NCBI GenBank assembly: GCA_047495785.1
Contig: JBLDXI010000055.1
Location: forward strand, 1,302,001 to 1,366,000
Direction: 5' to 3'
Length of the DNA: 64,000 nucleotides
Source: Lepidodermella squamata
Taxonomy: Eukaryota > Animalia > Gastrotricha
The notes under the pieces are model-generated. The model searched no databases, was not told the origin of the DNA, and saw nothing but the letters and a program-made list of their open reading frames with translations. Positions within the stretch are counted from its first letter, which is position 1. Every line of letters starts with the position of its first letter. Both the position numbers and the translations under genes were made by a program. Positions 24,928 to 35,684 of this stretch are shown here, in pieces.

Positions 24928-26068
24928 TTAATCTCTATTTTGCTGACGGTAAATCACAGTTTCTGTTGTTTTCGTTTTGGCCAGGACTTTTGATGAATTT
25001 ACGTCGATACTAGACGCCCGGTTTCGGTTTGATGCTGAAGGACTATTACGCAGCGACCTGAGCGATGAGCTGCGGCGTCGACTTGCGTCGTTGCCTCTGC
25101 GACTTCGCAAAGGACTACGGCTAACTATTGTTTTGAGCTTAACCGTGTCCTTCAAATTATGCAAGTTCGGAATTGGCTTGCCACCCTGCTTTGCCTTGAA
25201 AGGTATTTGCTTAGCCTTATTACCCTGCCGCTGCTGCTTTGCTTCGGAAAATGTGGTTGCCCTTGGAGCCTTGCCATCCTTATTGCTGGAACTCTGCGCC
25301 GTAGATGCAGGACGATTCTCACGTCGAAAATAGTCAACCACCCGCCGGGCAAATCCGGCAGCTGCTCGGCTGATTTTATTGGCCACAGAATCGTTAACCC
25401 CTCGCTCACGGCGGAGGCCTTTGGCGTAGGCTTCAATCTCCGACTCACTCATCAGTTGCATAACAGATCCATCAGCTGCTCGACGGAAAATCGCCCGACT
25501 ATGGTCGTCCAGCGCTACCAAGCCAAAAGTCGGATCCATTGCCGGCCGAATCACCACGCCAATGATTTCTCGCTTTTCGCTAGGAAAGTGGTCGGTGACA
25601 TTTGTTGTTTGGATCTAAGACTTTTGTAAGACATTTCTTGGAGATTAGGGATATCTTTTACCTGATAATGCTTGTTTTCTTTCATTTTTTGAAACGATCT
25701 GAAGTACTTGAATGGCCGAACAAGAATTTGACGAAACTTTTCGATGCGATCTGATGACGAATCCAAGCCAACAGCTCGACCGCTAGGTGAACAGCCTAAT
25801 ACGATGACCCCGCCTCGAACAGAATTGATCACAGCATTTGCCGTTTGCGCAACACTTTTTTCGAAGTGGACGAAATCTTGATCGGTTACTGAAAAAATGC
25901 GTTTATTGTGATATGTTTTAATACAAGAAATCAACGCTAACCTATCCAATTTGTATCCAAAAAGATAGCATCCCGTTTAGCGTCAGCACTCAGCAGGGGC
26001 TCATTTCGCAGAACTTCGGCTGGCATTGAATGCCGATTGCCCCAAGTGAGAAGTTGATCAGCTGCCAT
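24928..26068 (-). CDS. Schlafen/AlbA_2-domain protein 4, 3 exons, with a long Arg/Ser/Lys-rich tail
   Basis: MAADQLL..DAIF..NAVINSVRGGVIVLGCSPSGRAVGL..IIGVVIRP..AIFRRAADGSV; the EF motif is replaced by IF. Confidence 0.75.
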
Positions 26069-26559
26069 TGAGTTTTTCTGAATTTAACGTCCATTTTCTT
26101 GAGTTTCCTAATTTTCGAATATTTAAGTTGGATTTTTTTGCAATCAGGTCATAATTTTATTATTTTACTCACATGCCAGATTTCGACTATTTTTTGCAGG
26201 ATGAGTTTCCAGTTCTAGATTTCGGTGCAATGCGATGCCCGATTTTATGATTGATTGCTGCCTCCGCTGCTTTCAAGAAGCATGAAATGGCTATGTGACG
26301 AGCCATGAAAAAACACGAGCTCTCATCGGCGAAAGACGAGTGTCTTTGTCAGCATGCAACACAGCCTGGGGCGGACACAATTATTTCGAGTTCGAAAGAA
26401 GTACGTCGTCATCGTTCCACTTGTGCATCGAAGGCGGGCGCTGTTTGTTTAAGCGGCAAGCAGGCGCCATGAACGATTAGCGGCAACAAATCAAATCGCA
26501 CAAAATAATGGGCGGTTAAATAATAATAAAACAACAGGAGTGAGAACTTATCAGTTGTC

Positions 26560-27220
26560 GAAGCGCATGCGCAATGCCGCATTTGCGATTCCATTGTCAA
26601 GCGCGTATCACGGCGGCGGCTCGAAGCGATGGTGACATGTCGCTGCGGCGAGCCGCCTTCGTCACCGAGCCGTCACGACGAGAGCGCGCCGCGCGCGATG
26701 AAAACAAGCCGGGGTGCGCGCGTTCCAAGGCGCCCATGATTGCGCGACGACGACGATGATGATGATGAAGGCGATAATAATTTATGACATTAGGTTTCTT
26801 AATGGCTTAAGTCCGCATCGATTCGGGACGGCGCGAAAGAACTCTCTCGCCGCGCGCGCGCGCCGGGTGACTGGCGCTTCGATCGCTCCTCTGCTGTTTT
26901 CGCGCCTATCAAATGGCCTATAAATGGCAGCGCAAACACGCGCAGCCTCTGTGACTCCACGAGAGCGAGACACCATCTCGCCGCTAAATGCAAATACATT
27001 AACCGGCGATCGCACGCCGCGAGTGATCAAAGCTACACGCCTTAAATATTAATCACCGTATCTGCGGTCGGTTGCCGCGCCTTGACTATTTTACCATTCG
27101 CTGTACAGGCGCACTCTCGGCCGCGCTCGATTTGTCGCCATTTCTTGCCCGAGCGCATAATAAATTCGCGCTTGAATCGCCGCTAAGGAAAACAAAACCT
27201 GCGTGAGCGCGCTTTCGCCT
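26560..27220. promoter_or_regulatory. CpG/CGCG-rich upstream region of the nuclear receptor gene
   Basis: Dense CG dinucleotides and CGCG runs, no credible ORF, directly 5' of 27296. Confidence 0.35.
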
Positions 27221-27295
27221 TAAAAAATAATGCCGATTACCTTAATGTGGATTACACCTCGGCTAAAATAAACAATAATTAATAACACCTCGGCT

Positions 27296-29384
27296 ATGAA
27301 TAACAATACACCCTGCAAGGACGCTCAGCTTCGCAGCCCATTATCTCATCCGTCGCCGCCGTCTTCGTCGCAGTCATTAACAAGTAGCTGTTCGAAAAGA
27401 AAGCGATTTTCAAGCTTCGATAGCCCAAGCACGAAAATGCGAGTCAAAAGCAACAGTAGCACGCGCATCGCTCCGACTTCAGGATCCGCCTCTGGTCTGC
27501 TGATCGGGGTCGACGAAGTCGTCGACATGGCCGATATTGCTGATGACGATGAGCTATCGACCAGCAGTGCCAACTCACGCGCGACGTCACGCCTCGATGA
27601 CTACGACCGCGCCGATGCGTCATCGGCGAACAACGACGGCGTCAATCCAAACGGCCGACTACTTGATATCCCTTGCGAAGGTTGCAATTTAAACCCTAAT
27701 TGAAACTCGAACTAATGAATCTTGAAAACTATTTAGTTTGCGGTGACAAGTCAAGTGGGAAGCATTACGGTATTTTCAGCTGCGATGGTAAGGTTCCAGA
27801 CAAAACTTTACCCTGATGGGACTAATATGTAAACTTTTATCAGGTTGCTCTGGTTTCTTCAAACGAAGCATCCACAAAAATCGTGCTTACGAATGCCGAG
27901 CTCAAGGCGATCTTCGAGGAAAATGTCCCGTGGACAAGGTAATGGAAACTTATCTGGCGATTTATTCTTTTATTCAATTTTTGCACAGGTTCATCGGAAT
28001 CAATGCCGAGCTTGCAGGCTGACCAAATGCCTCAATGTGAATATGAACAAAGATGGTAAGGGTTCAAAGTCCTTCACTCCTACCTCAGCTTATCCGATTT
28101 TTTTCAGCCGTTCAACACGAAAGAGGCCCTAGGAAAGCGAAATCTAGCCTCGCTAAACTACAAGCTGTTCTCAACGCCTCAGCCGATTGCTCGTCACTTT
28201 TCGGCGGCGCGCCTGGCTTGTCGCCGTTTTTCCCACCTCTCCTACCCCTAGGCACCGCGAATGCTAATCGAACCAACCCAGCCAATTTGATGACTTCAAG
28301 CAGCATATTCCCAGGCGTAGACCTAAACAAAACGTTCTGTCCTCCCCCTCCACCCCCTGCGTTGTCGATACCAAACCCAAACTGTAACAACCCTTCAGCG
28401 CTAGCCGCTTCTTTATTCGCATCTCTATCGTCAGCAAACGCTTCAGCAGCTTCAAGTGGCTTACTTTCGAATTTATACTCAGCCGGGCTATTCCGCCAGC
28501 AGCAACTTGGGGATGCGGCTTCGAATCCCTTCGCGAATTTAGGAAATCAGCCTAGCCCAGCTGTCAACTTCGGCACCGACACTTCAGCGCCTGTCGCTCA
28601 GCTGCGCTGGAGCGAGAGTCTTGTTGAACTGTCAGCTAAAATGTTGTTCAGTATAATCGATTGGCTGAAAACGTTACCAGCGCTGCGAGCATTATCCGAG
28701 TCTGATCAAGTGTCGATTGTTCGCAGTTGTTGGAAAGACATATTCATCCTTTGCCTCGTGGAGCTTTACCCAAACTTGTTGCTATTACCTGTTGATAGCC
28801 CGAGTGACAGCGATGATGTGAAGGATTCGAATCTGGCAGCGTCCAGCTTACTGAGAACGGCATTCAAAGACGCAGCTAACGGCAGTAATGGAAGTAGTAA
28901 GAGCAGCGTTTCACCTGGTAGCAGCAAACAGGATTTCCAGAATCTGTCGAGAGTTGTAGCAAAGCTGTACGCTTCCAAGCCTGATCAAAATCAGATCAAC
29001 CTCATGAAGATGCTACTCATTTCGCGCCAAGGTAGATATGAGCTTTATTTCAACAATTTTTTTAATCGATCTTATGTAGGAGAGCTTCAAGGCTTAGCAG
29101 AAAAACGCCCGCTTGAAGCTTTGCTGAGTCAAACTATTACGACGATTTCAGCTTGTTTATCGCCGTCGCAAATCGTTCAGATCACCCTGGCCTTGCTAAA
29201 CGTGACGAGTATTAGTGAGAGTGAATTGCACAGTGCGCTGTTTCAAACAATTGTCGGCGACGTGCCTCTTCATCACCTTGTTGTCGGTATCTATTGCAAC
29301 CGCGTTTTCAACTCTGCTTCTCCGCCGCCTCAAGCTAGCAACGGCAGCGGTGCTACAAGCCAAGCTGGTGCCTCAGCCAAATGA
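27296..29384 (+). CDS. dsf: NR2E nuclear receptor, dissatisfaction-like
   Basis: Spliced DBD [85 protein letters not shown]. RSIH and A.GDL.G.CPVDK fit DSF better than TLL/TLX. LBD with W..LP.L..L...DQ. Confidence 0.85.
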
Positions 29385-29495
29385 AAAGAAATCGATTTTG
29401 TACTTTCAACAAAAATAAGACTGAAAGGAGATTGAAATAACCCATTACGTTATTTTTTGAAGAATTTATTTTGACTAGATATTATACCCAGCATG

Positions 29496-29501
29496 CATGT
29501 A
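29496..29501. repeat. Left target-site duplication CATGTA
   Basis: Identical hexamer at 48232-48237. Confidence 0.95.
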
Positions 29502-29575
29502 AGTAGTAAGGGGGGGGTCTCCAGCAACGGTCAAATTTTCAAATATTTTCCCACGGTCGGAGAAATGAATCATAA
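29502..29575 (+). repeat. Left terminal inverted repeat (74-bp core)
   Basis: Reverse complement of 48158-48231 with 2 mismatches. Confidence 0.95.
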
Positions 29576-29580
29576 TGATT

Positions 29581-29792
29581 ATGTCAAGGTCGTTTGAGAA
29601 AGTTTTGGCGCGAAAATTTAAAAATAAATGTCAAGGTCGTTGGTAATTTTTGGCGCGAAAATGAAAATTTGAAAATAAATGTCAAGGTCGTTGGTAATTT
29701 TTGGCGCGAAAATGAAAATTTGATAATAAATGTCAAGGTCGTTGGTAATTTTTGGCGCGAAAATGAAAATTGAATAATAAATATCAAGGTTG
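29581..29792 (+). repeat. Subterminal tandem repeat, ~4 copies of a 47-51-bp unit
   Basis: ATGTCAAGGTCG starts at 29581, 29628, 29679 and 29730 (variant at 29781); each unit contains TTTTGGCGCGAAAA. Confidence 0.9.
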
Positions 29793-30004
29793 TTTGTTGA
29801 AAAATGTTCCCACGGTCATGTGACTGCGGCAGGTTTGGTAAATGCAGTTGTATGAATGAATGAATGAATGAATGAATGAATGAATGAATGAGAGAATGAA
29901 CGATTGAGACACTCCTGCAGGTCGTGTTTTATTGCAAATTTTATTACGATAGTAGTAGTAATAGTAGTAGTAGTAGTAGTAGCAGCAGCAACCACAATCT
30001 TTTA

Positions 30005-30961
30005 TCATGTTCCCACGTGTTCCCACGGAAACATGGTTGCAATATCAGGTGTAACAATGTCTCGAAGGAACGATGACGACGACATAGACCGTTGGCGCGG
30101 CGGACGCGTCGGATTTTGATAGCGAGCATTAGTCATCGCCGTGACCGATTTACCAATGCTCGACTTTGCGAATAGATGCATGGGTGCAGAGGTCTTTGAC
30201 AAGAGTTCCGCAACTGGTTGAAACAGCTGCTTTGCGGAGACTGATAATTTGCTTGGAGCTTTTGTTAAGACTTCAACCAGAGTATCGACCGGGATCTCAG
30301 CCAAGGAACTGTCATCCCGAATAAAAGTGATTGTTGAGGAGGACGATGATCCATCCAATGTGAAGGTAGCATCAGGTGACAAATTCGAACGCAGATGATT
30401 CAAAATAGAGGATGCTTTTTCAAGTTGATCAGACTTTAAACTACCAAAGCGAGCATTGAGGTAATTTGTTGTAGCGTCCCCATTAGTAACCGTGCCTGCT
30501 ACAGCAGTATCACTACCACCGGCTACCGGATCAGAAGCAGCAGCAGCAGCCGCCGCGGTAGGCGTAGTGCCAGTAACAGGTGTGGGAGCAGGAGGTCGAG
30601 GTGACTCTTTCGTAGGTGCTTGATCACTCTGGTTGTTAACTCTGGTATTTTGGAACAGTCGAAAGTTTTGCTTGAGCCGTTCAAGTTCCCCGAACAGGTA
30701 GTTGTACTCTCGTGCACTCTGCGAGTTAACATTTGGTTGCTGTAGTATATCAGTCATTTGATTTTCCAAATCTTCCACCTTGGAATAGGCGGGCCCATCA
30801 AACAAACGCTGCCTCGTCATTGCTCTTCGTTGTAGTGCATCTTTATCACAAACACCTTCTGCGCGCGTAGTAACTGGCGTCGTCGTCGTCGTCACATTTC
30901 CATTACCATCTGCCGCCAAGTCTTGCATGAGGACCAACTTGCGACTATGCTTCTCAGACAT
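30005..30961 (-). CDS. Conserved Polinton protein of unknown function (PW/PZ class)
   Basis: Starts MSEKHSRKLVLM; LENQMTDIL..Y..L and KASSILNHL patterns and terminal W resemble uncharacterised Polinton ORFs; overlaps the upstream ORF stop. Confidence 0.6.
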   Translation of the reverse strand: MSEKHSRKLVLMQDLAADGNGNVTTTTTPVTTRAEGVCDKDALQRRAMTRQRLFDGPAYSKVEDLENQMTDILQQPNVNSQSAREYNYLFGELERLKQNFRLFQNTRVNNQSDQAPTKESPRPPAPTPVTGTTPTAAAAAAASDPVAGGSDTAVAGTVTNGDATTNYLNARFGSLKSDQLEKASSILNHLRSNLSPDATFTLDGSSSSSTITFIRDDSSLAEIPVDTLVEVLTKAPSKLSVSAKQLFQPVAELLSKTSAPMHLFAKSSIGKSVTAMTNARYQNPTRPPRQRSMSSSSFLRDIVTPDIATMFPWEHVGT

Positions 30962-31337
30962 CACGATTAGTGCTGCTTTTACGAAGTGCCAAAATACCGT
31001 CAATAACTGAAGGTAGAACGCTACTAGCAGCTGAAATAAGTAGGGGAATGAAAGCACCACTGCCGTTTTGAACTAGCAATTGGCGGTTGATGTCTGGTGA
31101 TTTAAACTTGGAAATGCGCTCGATAGTTGCTTTATATGTACGTAGCTTCTTAACTGTCTTCGAGTCCGCTGACAGGTTATGACGTAGCAAATTTAGACAG
31201 ATTTCGGTTAGCAGAACAACTATACGAGTTGGCGCCAACCCGAGCAACCGTCGCCGCTGGCTAGGTGGTGCCTGGGTAAGCAGCCGTAGGAAGTCAAGAG
31301 TTCGTTGCCGCTTTGACGTTTGCGCCTTTGGCGCCAT
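30954..31337 (-). CDS. Small basic Polinton protein with a Q-x-G-x-G motif and hydrophobic C-terminus
   Basis: LRLL..P..RR.LL..A..LLTEICLNLL..KKLRTYK..LLVQNGSGAFIPLLISAASSVL, a typical conserved Polinton small ORF. Confidence 0.7.
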   Translation of the reverse strand: MAPKAQTSKRQRTLDFLRLLTQAPPSQRRRLLGLAPTRIVVLLTEICLNLLRHNLSADSKTVKKLRTYKATIERISKFKSPDINRQLLVQNGSGAFIPLLISAASSVLPSVIDGILALRKSSTNRDV

Positions 31338-31520
31338 AATATTATTAATTAACAAACTGTCACTAGAAACGGTTAATATACTTAATCAAACAATACCTAT
31401 ATGACAACTAACGGTCCGACCTGTATAAAAGGTTGCCTGCGGAGAAGGGTGGAAATAGTCATAACTAACGCTTGCTTTACATTTTGGTAGTATATATCCT
31501 GAGATAACTTCTTTTATTCG

Positions 31521-32174
31521 ATGGAAACTACCACCACCACCACCATGGATACCCCGTCATCGCCAACAATCGATGGTCCATTGCTACCTCCACGTGGTCA
31601 TGCTGCTGCTGCTGCTGCCGGCTCAAATCGAAGCGGTTTGATTCCTGGTTGGAATGACCTCAGTCGATTTCAGCGAGTACACTACACCTTGGCCAGGCAG
31701 TCGATAACAAGCTGTAAAGAGCCCACCTTCATGATCTTGCGTCGAAATCATGATGATCACGTTCCAGATCTTGAGTTTTTCATTGGTCATGCAATCGAAG
31801 TGAACAAACTCTACTATACACGCAAGGGTTTGTATCTCTCAGCTCGAGAGCTGCGAATGATTTATGAAAGCATGCAGATCGAAGGCTCATGGGTTGACAA
31901 GATCAAGCAGGAGCTGAAACTACCGAGAGGGAAGATGATGTGCAATGGACCGAAACATCACATCGGAGGAATGTTTCACGCCAAGGTATTTCGTCCGAAC
32001 GGGTCACCCCGCACATATGTCGATGTCCGCCTTTTCCTGCCTGCTGCGGGTAATAACATCATTGGACAAGAAAATTCGCAGGAATTCTCGCAAGATGGTT
32101 TTTGTGCCTCAGATGCAGTCTTCATGGAACTGCAGCACATGATCTACTACATGCTCTCGAACCTGAACGAGTAG
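31521..32174 (+). CDS. Putative tandem PC4-like (Sub1) ssDNA-binding protein
   Basis: YTRKGLYLSARELRMI resembles PC4 P.KKGISL..EQW..L; a second repeat HIGGMFHAKV..TYVDVRLF..SQDGFCAS..FMELQ resembles IG..RYVSV..IDIREY..KGI.L. Confidence 0.55.
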   Translation: METTTTTTMDTPSSPTIDGPLLPPRGHAAAAAAGSNRSGLIPGWNDLSRFQRVHYTLARQSITSCKEPTFMILRRNHDDHVPDLEFFIGHAIEVNKLYYTRKGLYLSARELRMIYESMQIEGSWVDKIKQELKLPRGKMMCNGPKHHIGGMFHAKVFRPNGSPRTYVDVRLFLPAAGNNIIGQENSQEFSQDGFCASDAVFMELQHMIYYMLSNLNE

Positions 32175-32362
32175 AGAGAGAGAATTCGTTCTCGGCTCAA
32201 TGGACTAAACTGACACTGGACAATATATATAATCGCTTACTTAATCTACGTATGCTTAACATATACTGTAGTAGTAGTAGTATTCGTAGTAGTAGTAACA
32301 CAATAAACCGAACATAATCAAGAGTTTGATGTGTTTATTCCTACTGTAACACAGAGTCCTTT

Positions 32363-33164
32363 TTATATAGTCAGTGGTAGGTTCAAGCTGGGAACGTCTT
32401 CCACCTTTACAAAAACGTTGCCAGTTCGAGATCCGATAAAGTTTCGAAAACGGAGTAACGGCGGGCAAGATGATGTGTTATCTATTAAAAGATAACCAAA
32501 AGGCGCGCTCGTAGCAATGTCAAAGCTCTCTATATATTTTAATGATGTGAAGCGGTAATATTCAAATGAAATTTAAATTGTTAACCTTGCAAGAATCTCC
32601 AGTCTTTGGGTAAAATTCGACGAGCCAGGTGTCCGAACTGAGTCATGTCACAAGGTGAGCGAAAAACAATAATGTATCTCGCATTCAAGGTGACATCTCG
32701 GGAAAACTTTCCTCTAAAAATCATGGTTATAATATATTATTCATACAGCAGTAAACAAACCGAGGAAATAAATTATTTTGCGCCATTATTACTGAAATTT
32801 GGCTGTGATGCGAACCGCGGTAAAACAGTTCTGCAACTTGCTTCATATCCTTGGCATCGCAGTAATTATCATCGAATACCAGCAGCTTATGCCCAGGTCC
32901 CAGGTAATCAGCCTCGTGAAAGGTTGTTATGTCATCCCGATATTCGATCGGAATTCCACGCACTGCCCGAACTTGTTGACTGAGTTCGACATGACCTGGT
33001 TGAGCAATACCTCGAAACCAAACTACCCTATCGATAGGTCTATCGAATGAGCCAGGGTACAGCAAAATATCTTTGATTAGTGTTGATTTTCCACCCTGAC
33101 TAGGGCCAGAAATGATTATAGTACAAGGTGCCTGGAAAGCTGTGGTAAACGAAGTCATCGTCAT
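32363..33164 (-). CDS. A32/FtsK-like genome-packaging ATPase (2 introns: 32714-32760, 32530-32585; ~232 aa)
   Basis: Walker A GPSQGGKST, Walker B LLVFDD, RGSHH..SVI..QNNLFPR/GKFSRDVTLNARYII, AT..PFGYLLID; an in-frame upstream ATG exists at 33212. Confidence 0.93.
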
Positions 33165-33235
33165 ATAATCTTCCGTTATGGATTTATTAATATTATGTAT
33201 GGTAGGTAACATTTACAAGCAGCTCTTTTTATATA

Positions 33236-33727
33236 CTATGCAAAGTTGTCCTTAACAAAGCGTGCAACAAAAGCGTCATTTTCGGCTCTCGTATTCCAGC
33301 CATGATTAGTGATTAACGAAAGAATATTAGGTAGGGAAACACCGCGAGCTGACTGATGTAGGAATACCAGGCAATACAAACCACAGTAGGCACTGTCAAA
33401 CGGTTGAAGGCCGCGGTGATTGAATGATACGAGCTTCCTGCCACAATTCGCCATGTTACCGATGAAATGGTCCAGACGAACCGACCAAGATCCCGAATCC
33501 TGACCATAAGAGTCCATGAAGGTAATTGATGTTTCCGTTACATGTATGGCTATCCAATGAGTGCCTGCTGTCGAGCTTGGAGAGGCATTCACGATTAGGT
33601 AAAGAGGCTTAGTATGCATATCATAGTTTTCGTAATAATGAAGCATATCGCACGGAATTGTAGCGTAAACACCTTGATTGATAATAGGGTCGGAATGGAG
33701 CAAAGCATTCAGTTCCAGGGTGTTCAT
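33236..33727 (-). CDS. Adenain-like cysteine (maturation) protease, intronless
   Basis: GTHWIA, FMDSYG, LQ...SAYCGLYC (His-Asp-Cys with oxyanion Gln). Confidence 0.92.
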   Translation of the reverse strand: MNTLELNALLHSDPIINQGVYATIPCDMLHYYENYDMHTKPLYLIVNASPSSTAGTHWIAIHVTETSITFMDSYGQDSGSWSVRLDHFIGNMANCGRKLVSFNHRGLQPFDSAYCGLYCLVFLHQSARGVSLPNILSLITNHGWNTRAENDAFVARFVKDNFA

Positions 33728-33733
33728 GTTTTC

Positions 33734-35082
33734 TTAGAAGAAATTATGTAGGACTGTTCTGTTGGCCTGAATTTCTAGCGTCTTGTTTTTATAATACATT
33801 ACGGCAATCAAAGTCGTTGGAGAAGTCAGTTTCTTGCTGAAGAGAAGGTTGATCGCCATCTGTCCTGTCTGCGTCAAACGTCCATTAGGATCCGAATCCT
33901 GACTCAAGTCGAATGCCATGACAAAGCCACCACCTTTGACGAAATCATCCCGACTTATGTTGACACACTTTGAATTCGAAGTCGGAAATATGGTATCTTG
34001 CATGAGTTGGTAAACTCGGGCACAATCGTTAGCTTCGAAATCCATTGCAAGAGGTGTGCCACCAACAGCCTTTCCATCGATGGTAATTGTTATATTCTGA
34101 AGACCGAAATGTTGAAACCTGAAAGGGTTGGTGGCAGCTGAACCCTGAATACCTTCATCCTCGACCATGGCTTGCAATGGTAAAACAAGTTATATTAGAA
34201 TGGTCTGAAAAAAATGGGTTTTTTCTTTTTACCTAATACAATCTTTTCGGGAATCACTCCTAATACAACGTTGTTGAGGAAAATGGCCGTCATATTGGTA
34301 GGCAAATTGAATGGTTTAGTCACCGTATGAGTGAAACTGTAACGAGCCGGTGCTTCCAATAGCGCCTTTTCAAGTGCAATGGTGACCTCGGGAACAACCT
34401 CAACTCGTTTTACTAGCAAGACCGCCTCCAGAAGTTTGAACTCGTAATTTGCCAGATTATCAGACATAAGGAAAAACTCTGGCTTGTGTAGAGTCAGCTT
34501 AATTCGCACGCTTGTTTGTGGGATCAAATATCGTTCCTGATTGAAGAAATCGGTCGAAATTTTCCCCAGCAAAGAGATGACGGGTTTTTGTTCGAAATTC
34601 TTCACCAGCGCACGACGAGATTTGAACCCTGCATTTTCCTTCAGATTGTTGAACAACCCGGGGGTATCAGGGTACCAACCAACGTTGGTGAGCTTTGTTG
34701 ACTGGATATCTTGTGTTGCCGATAAGAAGTTTTCCATATATGCCTGGTAGCTATGGAGCGAAGAATTCTGCGTGATTAAGCATTCGTTGAGATAAATGTG
34801 ACAGTCCTCGAATAAGGAGTTCAACAGGTTATTTACGCCCGCGCAGCAAAATGTCTCTGTTGTGATGTCATCATTCGTCGGTGTTAGCGTAGCCTTGATT
34901 GATAAATAGGTGTGACTGAGGTCCGTGAAGGCTTCAGAAGCAGGGATAACAAATGTTATCTGCTGGGCTCCACTTATCGATGTTGTTGGAAAGCATTCAG
35001 TTACGTGCGTTCCTGTGATTTCATTTGTGAATGCAGGTGAGGCAAAAACAGCTAATTCGGCTCTAATAGCATGGTCAGACAT
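33734..35082 (-). CDS. Double-jelly-roll major capsid protein (PY); 1 intron 34171-34232; ~428 aa
   Basis: ELAVF..P, FTDLSHTYL, NNLLNSLF, DFFNQERYLIP, P.KIVL/AMV..NPFRFQHF, FDLSQD. Confidence 0.92.
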
Positions 35083-35158
35083 GATTGTAAAAACGTAAAG
35101 CACTTGGGCGATTACAATTTATTCAATTTCTGAAGATCCTTTATATACACACACTTAA

Positions 35159-35682
35159 TTAGAACAAAATGCGATCCGATTTTGGCTGCTTGAACAAAAC
35201 TGCACGCTTTTTTGGTTTCCCTTTGCGTTTGCGCTTTCCAGATCCATACTGAGAAGCTAAATGATTAACAGCTTCTTTGCCAACAGACTTGAGACCTTCC
35301 AATCCTCGGTTTTTTAAAACCTCAGCTACATTGAGATCTGCGCCACTCTGTTGACGCGTGGAGATATCTGAAGCTATGTTGGATGCCGCTGTAGCAGCAG
35401 TGTTTAAGAGCCTGGGTAGAAATGGAATCAGGCTATTTCGTACCCAACCTCGGAGCCAAGTACCTAATATTTTTTTTTGAAAAGAAAAAAAAACAACACA
35501 CGAGAAATTCCTAAGAATGTTGATGAAAACTAATCGCCGTTCTTACCCAAGCCATTACCGACTTGTGGCATCAAAACAATAGAGGGTCCAGTGAATGGTT
35601 GGATTGAAGAAGAAATCCCACGACCAGTCTGTTGTTGCTGAAACCAGTGCAGGTATGAATCGGAGCTAATAGGTTGTCGCAT
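35159..35682 (-). CDS. Polinton core/structural protein with three Q-x-G-x-G motifs; 1 intron 35464-35546; 146 aa; absent from the ORF track
   Basis: MRQPISSDSYLHWFQQQQTGRG..FTG..QVGNGL/GTWLRGWVRNSLIPFL..QYGSGKRKRKGKPKKR..ILF*. Confidence 0.85.
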
Positions 35683-35684
35683 TT

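Noticed and set aside
26295-27030. Several Arg/Ala-rich ORFs upstream of dsf
   Set aside because: Expected by chance in GC-rich regulatory DNA.
27296-29384. Calling the receptor tailless/TLX
   Set aside because: RSIH, A.GDL.G.CPVDK and GPRK.K match dissatisfaction better.
29581-29792. CRISPR-like array, or the 67-aa repeat ORF at 29584-29787
   Set aside because: Units are tandem with no unique spacers, there are no cas genes and the context is eukaryotic; this is a subterminal repeat.
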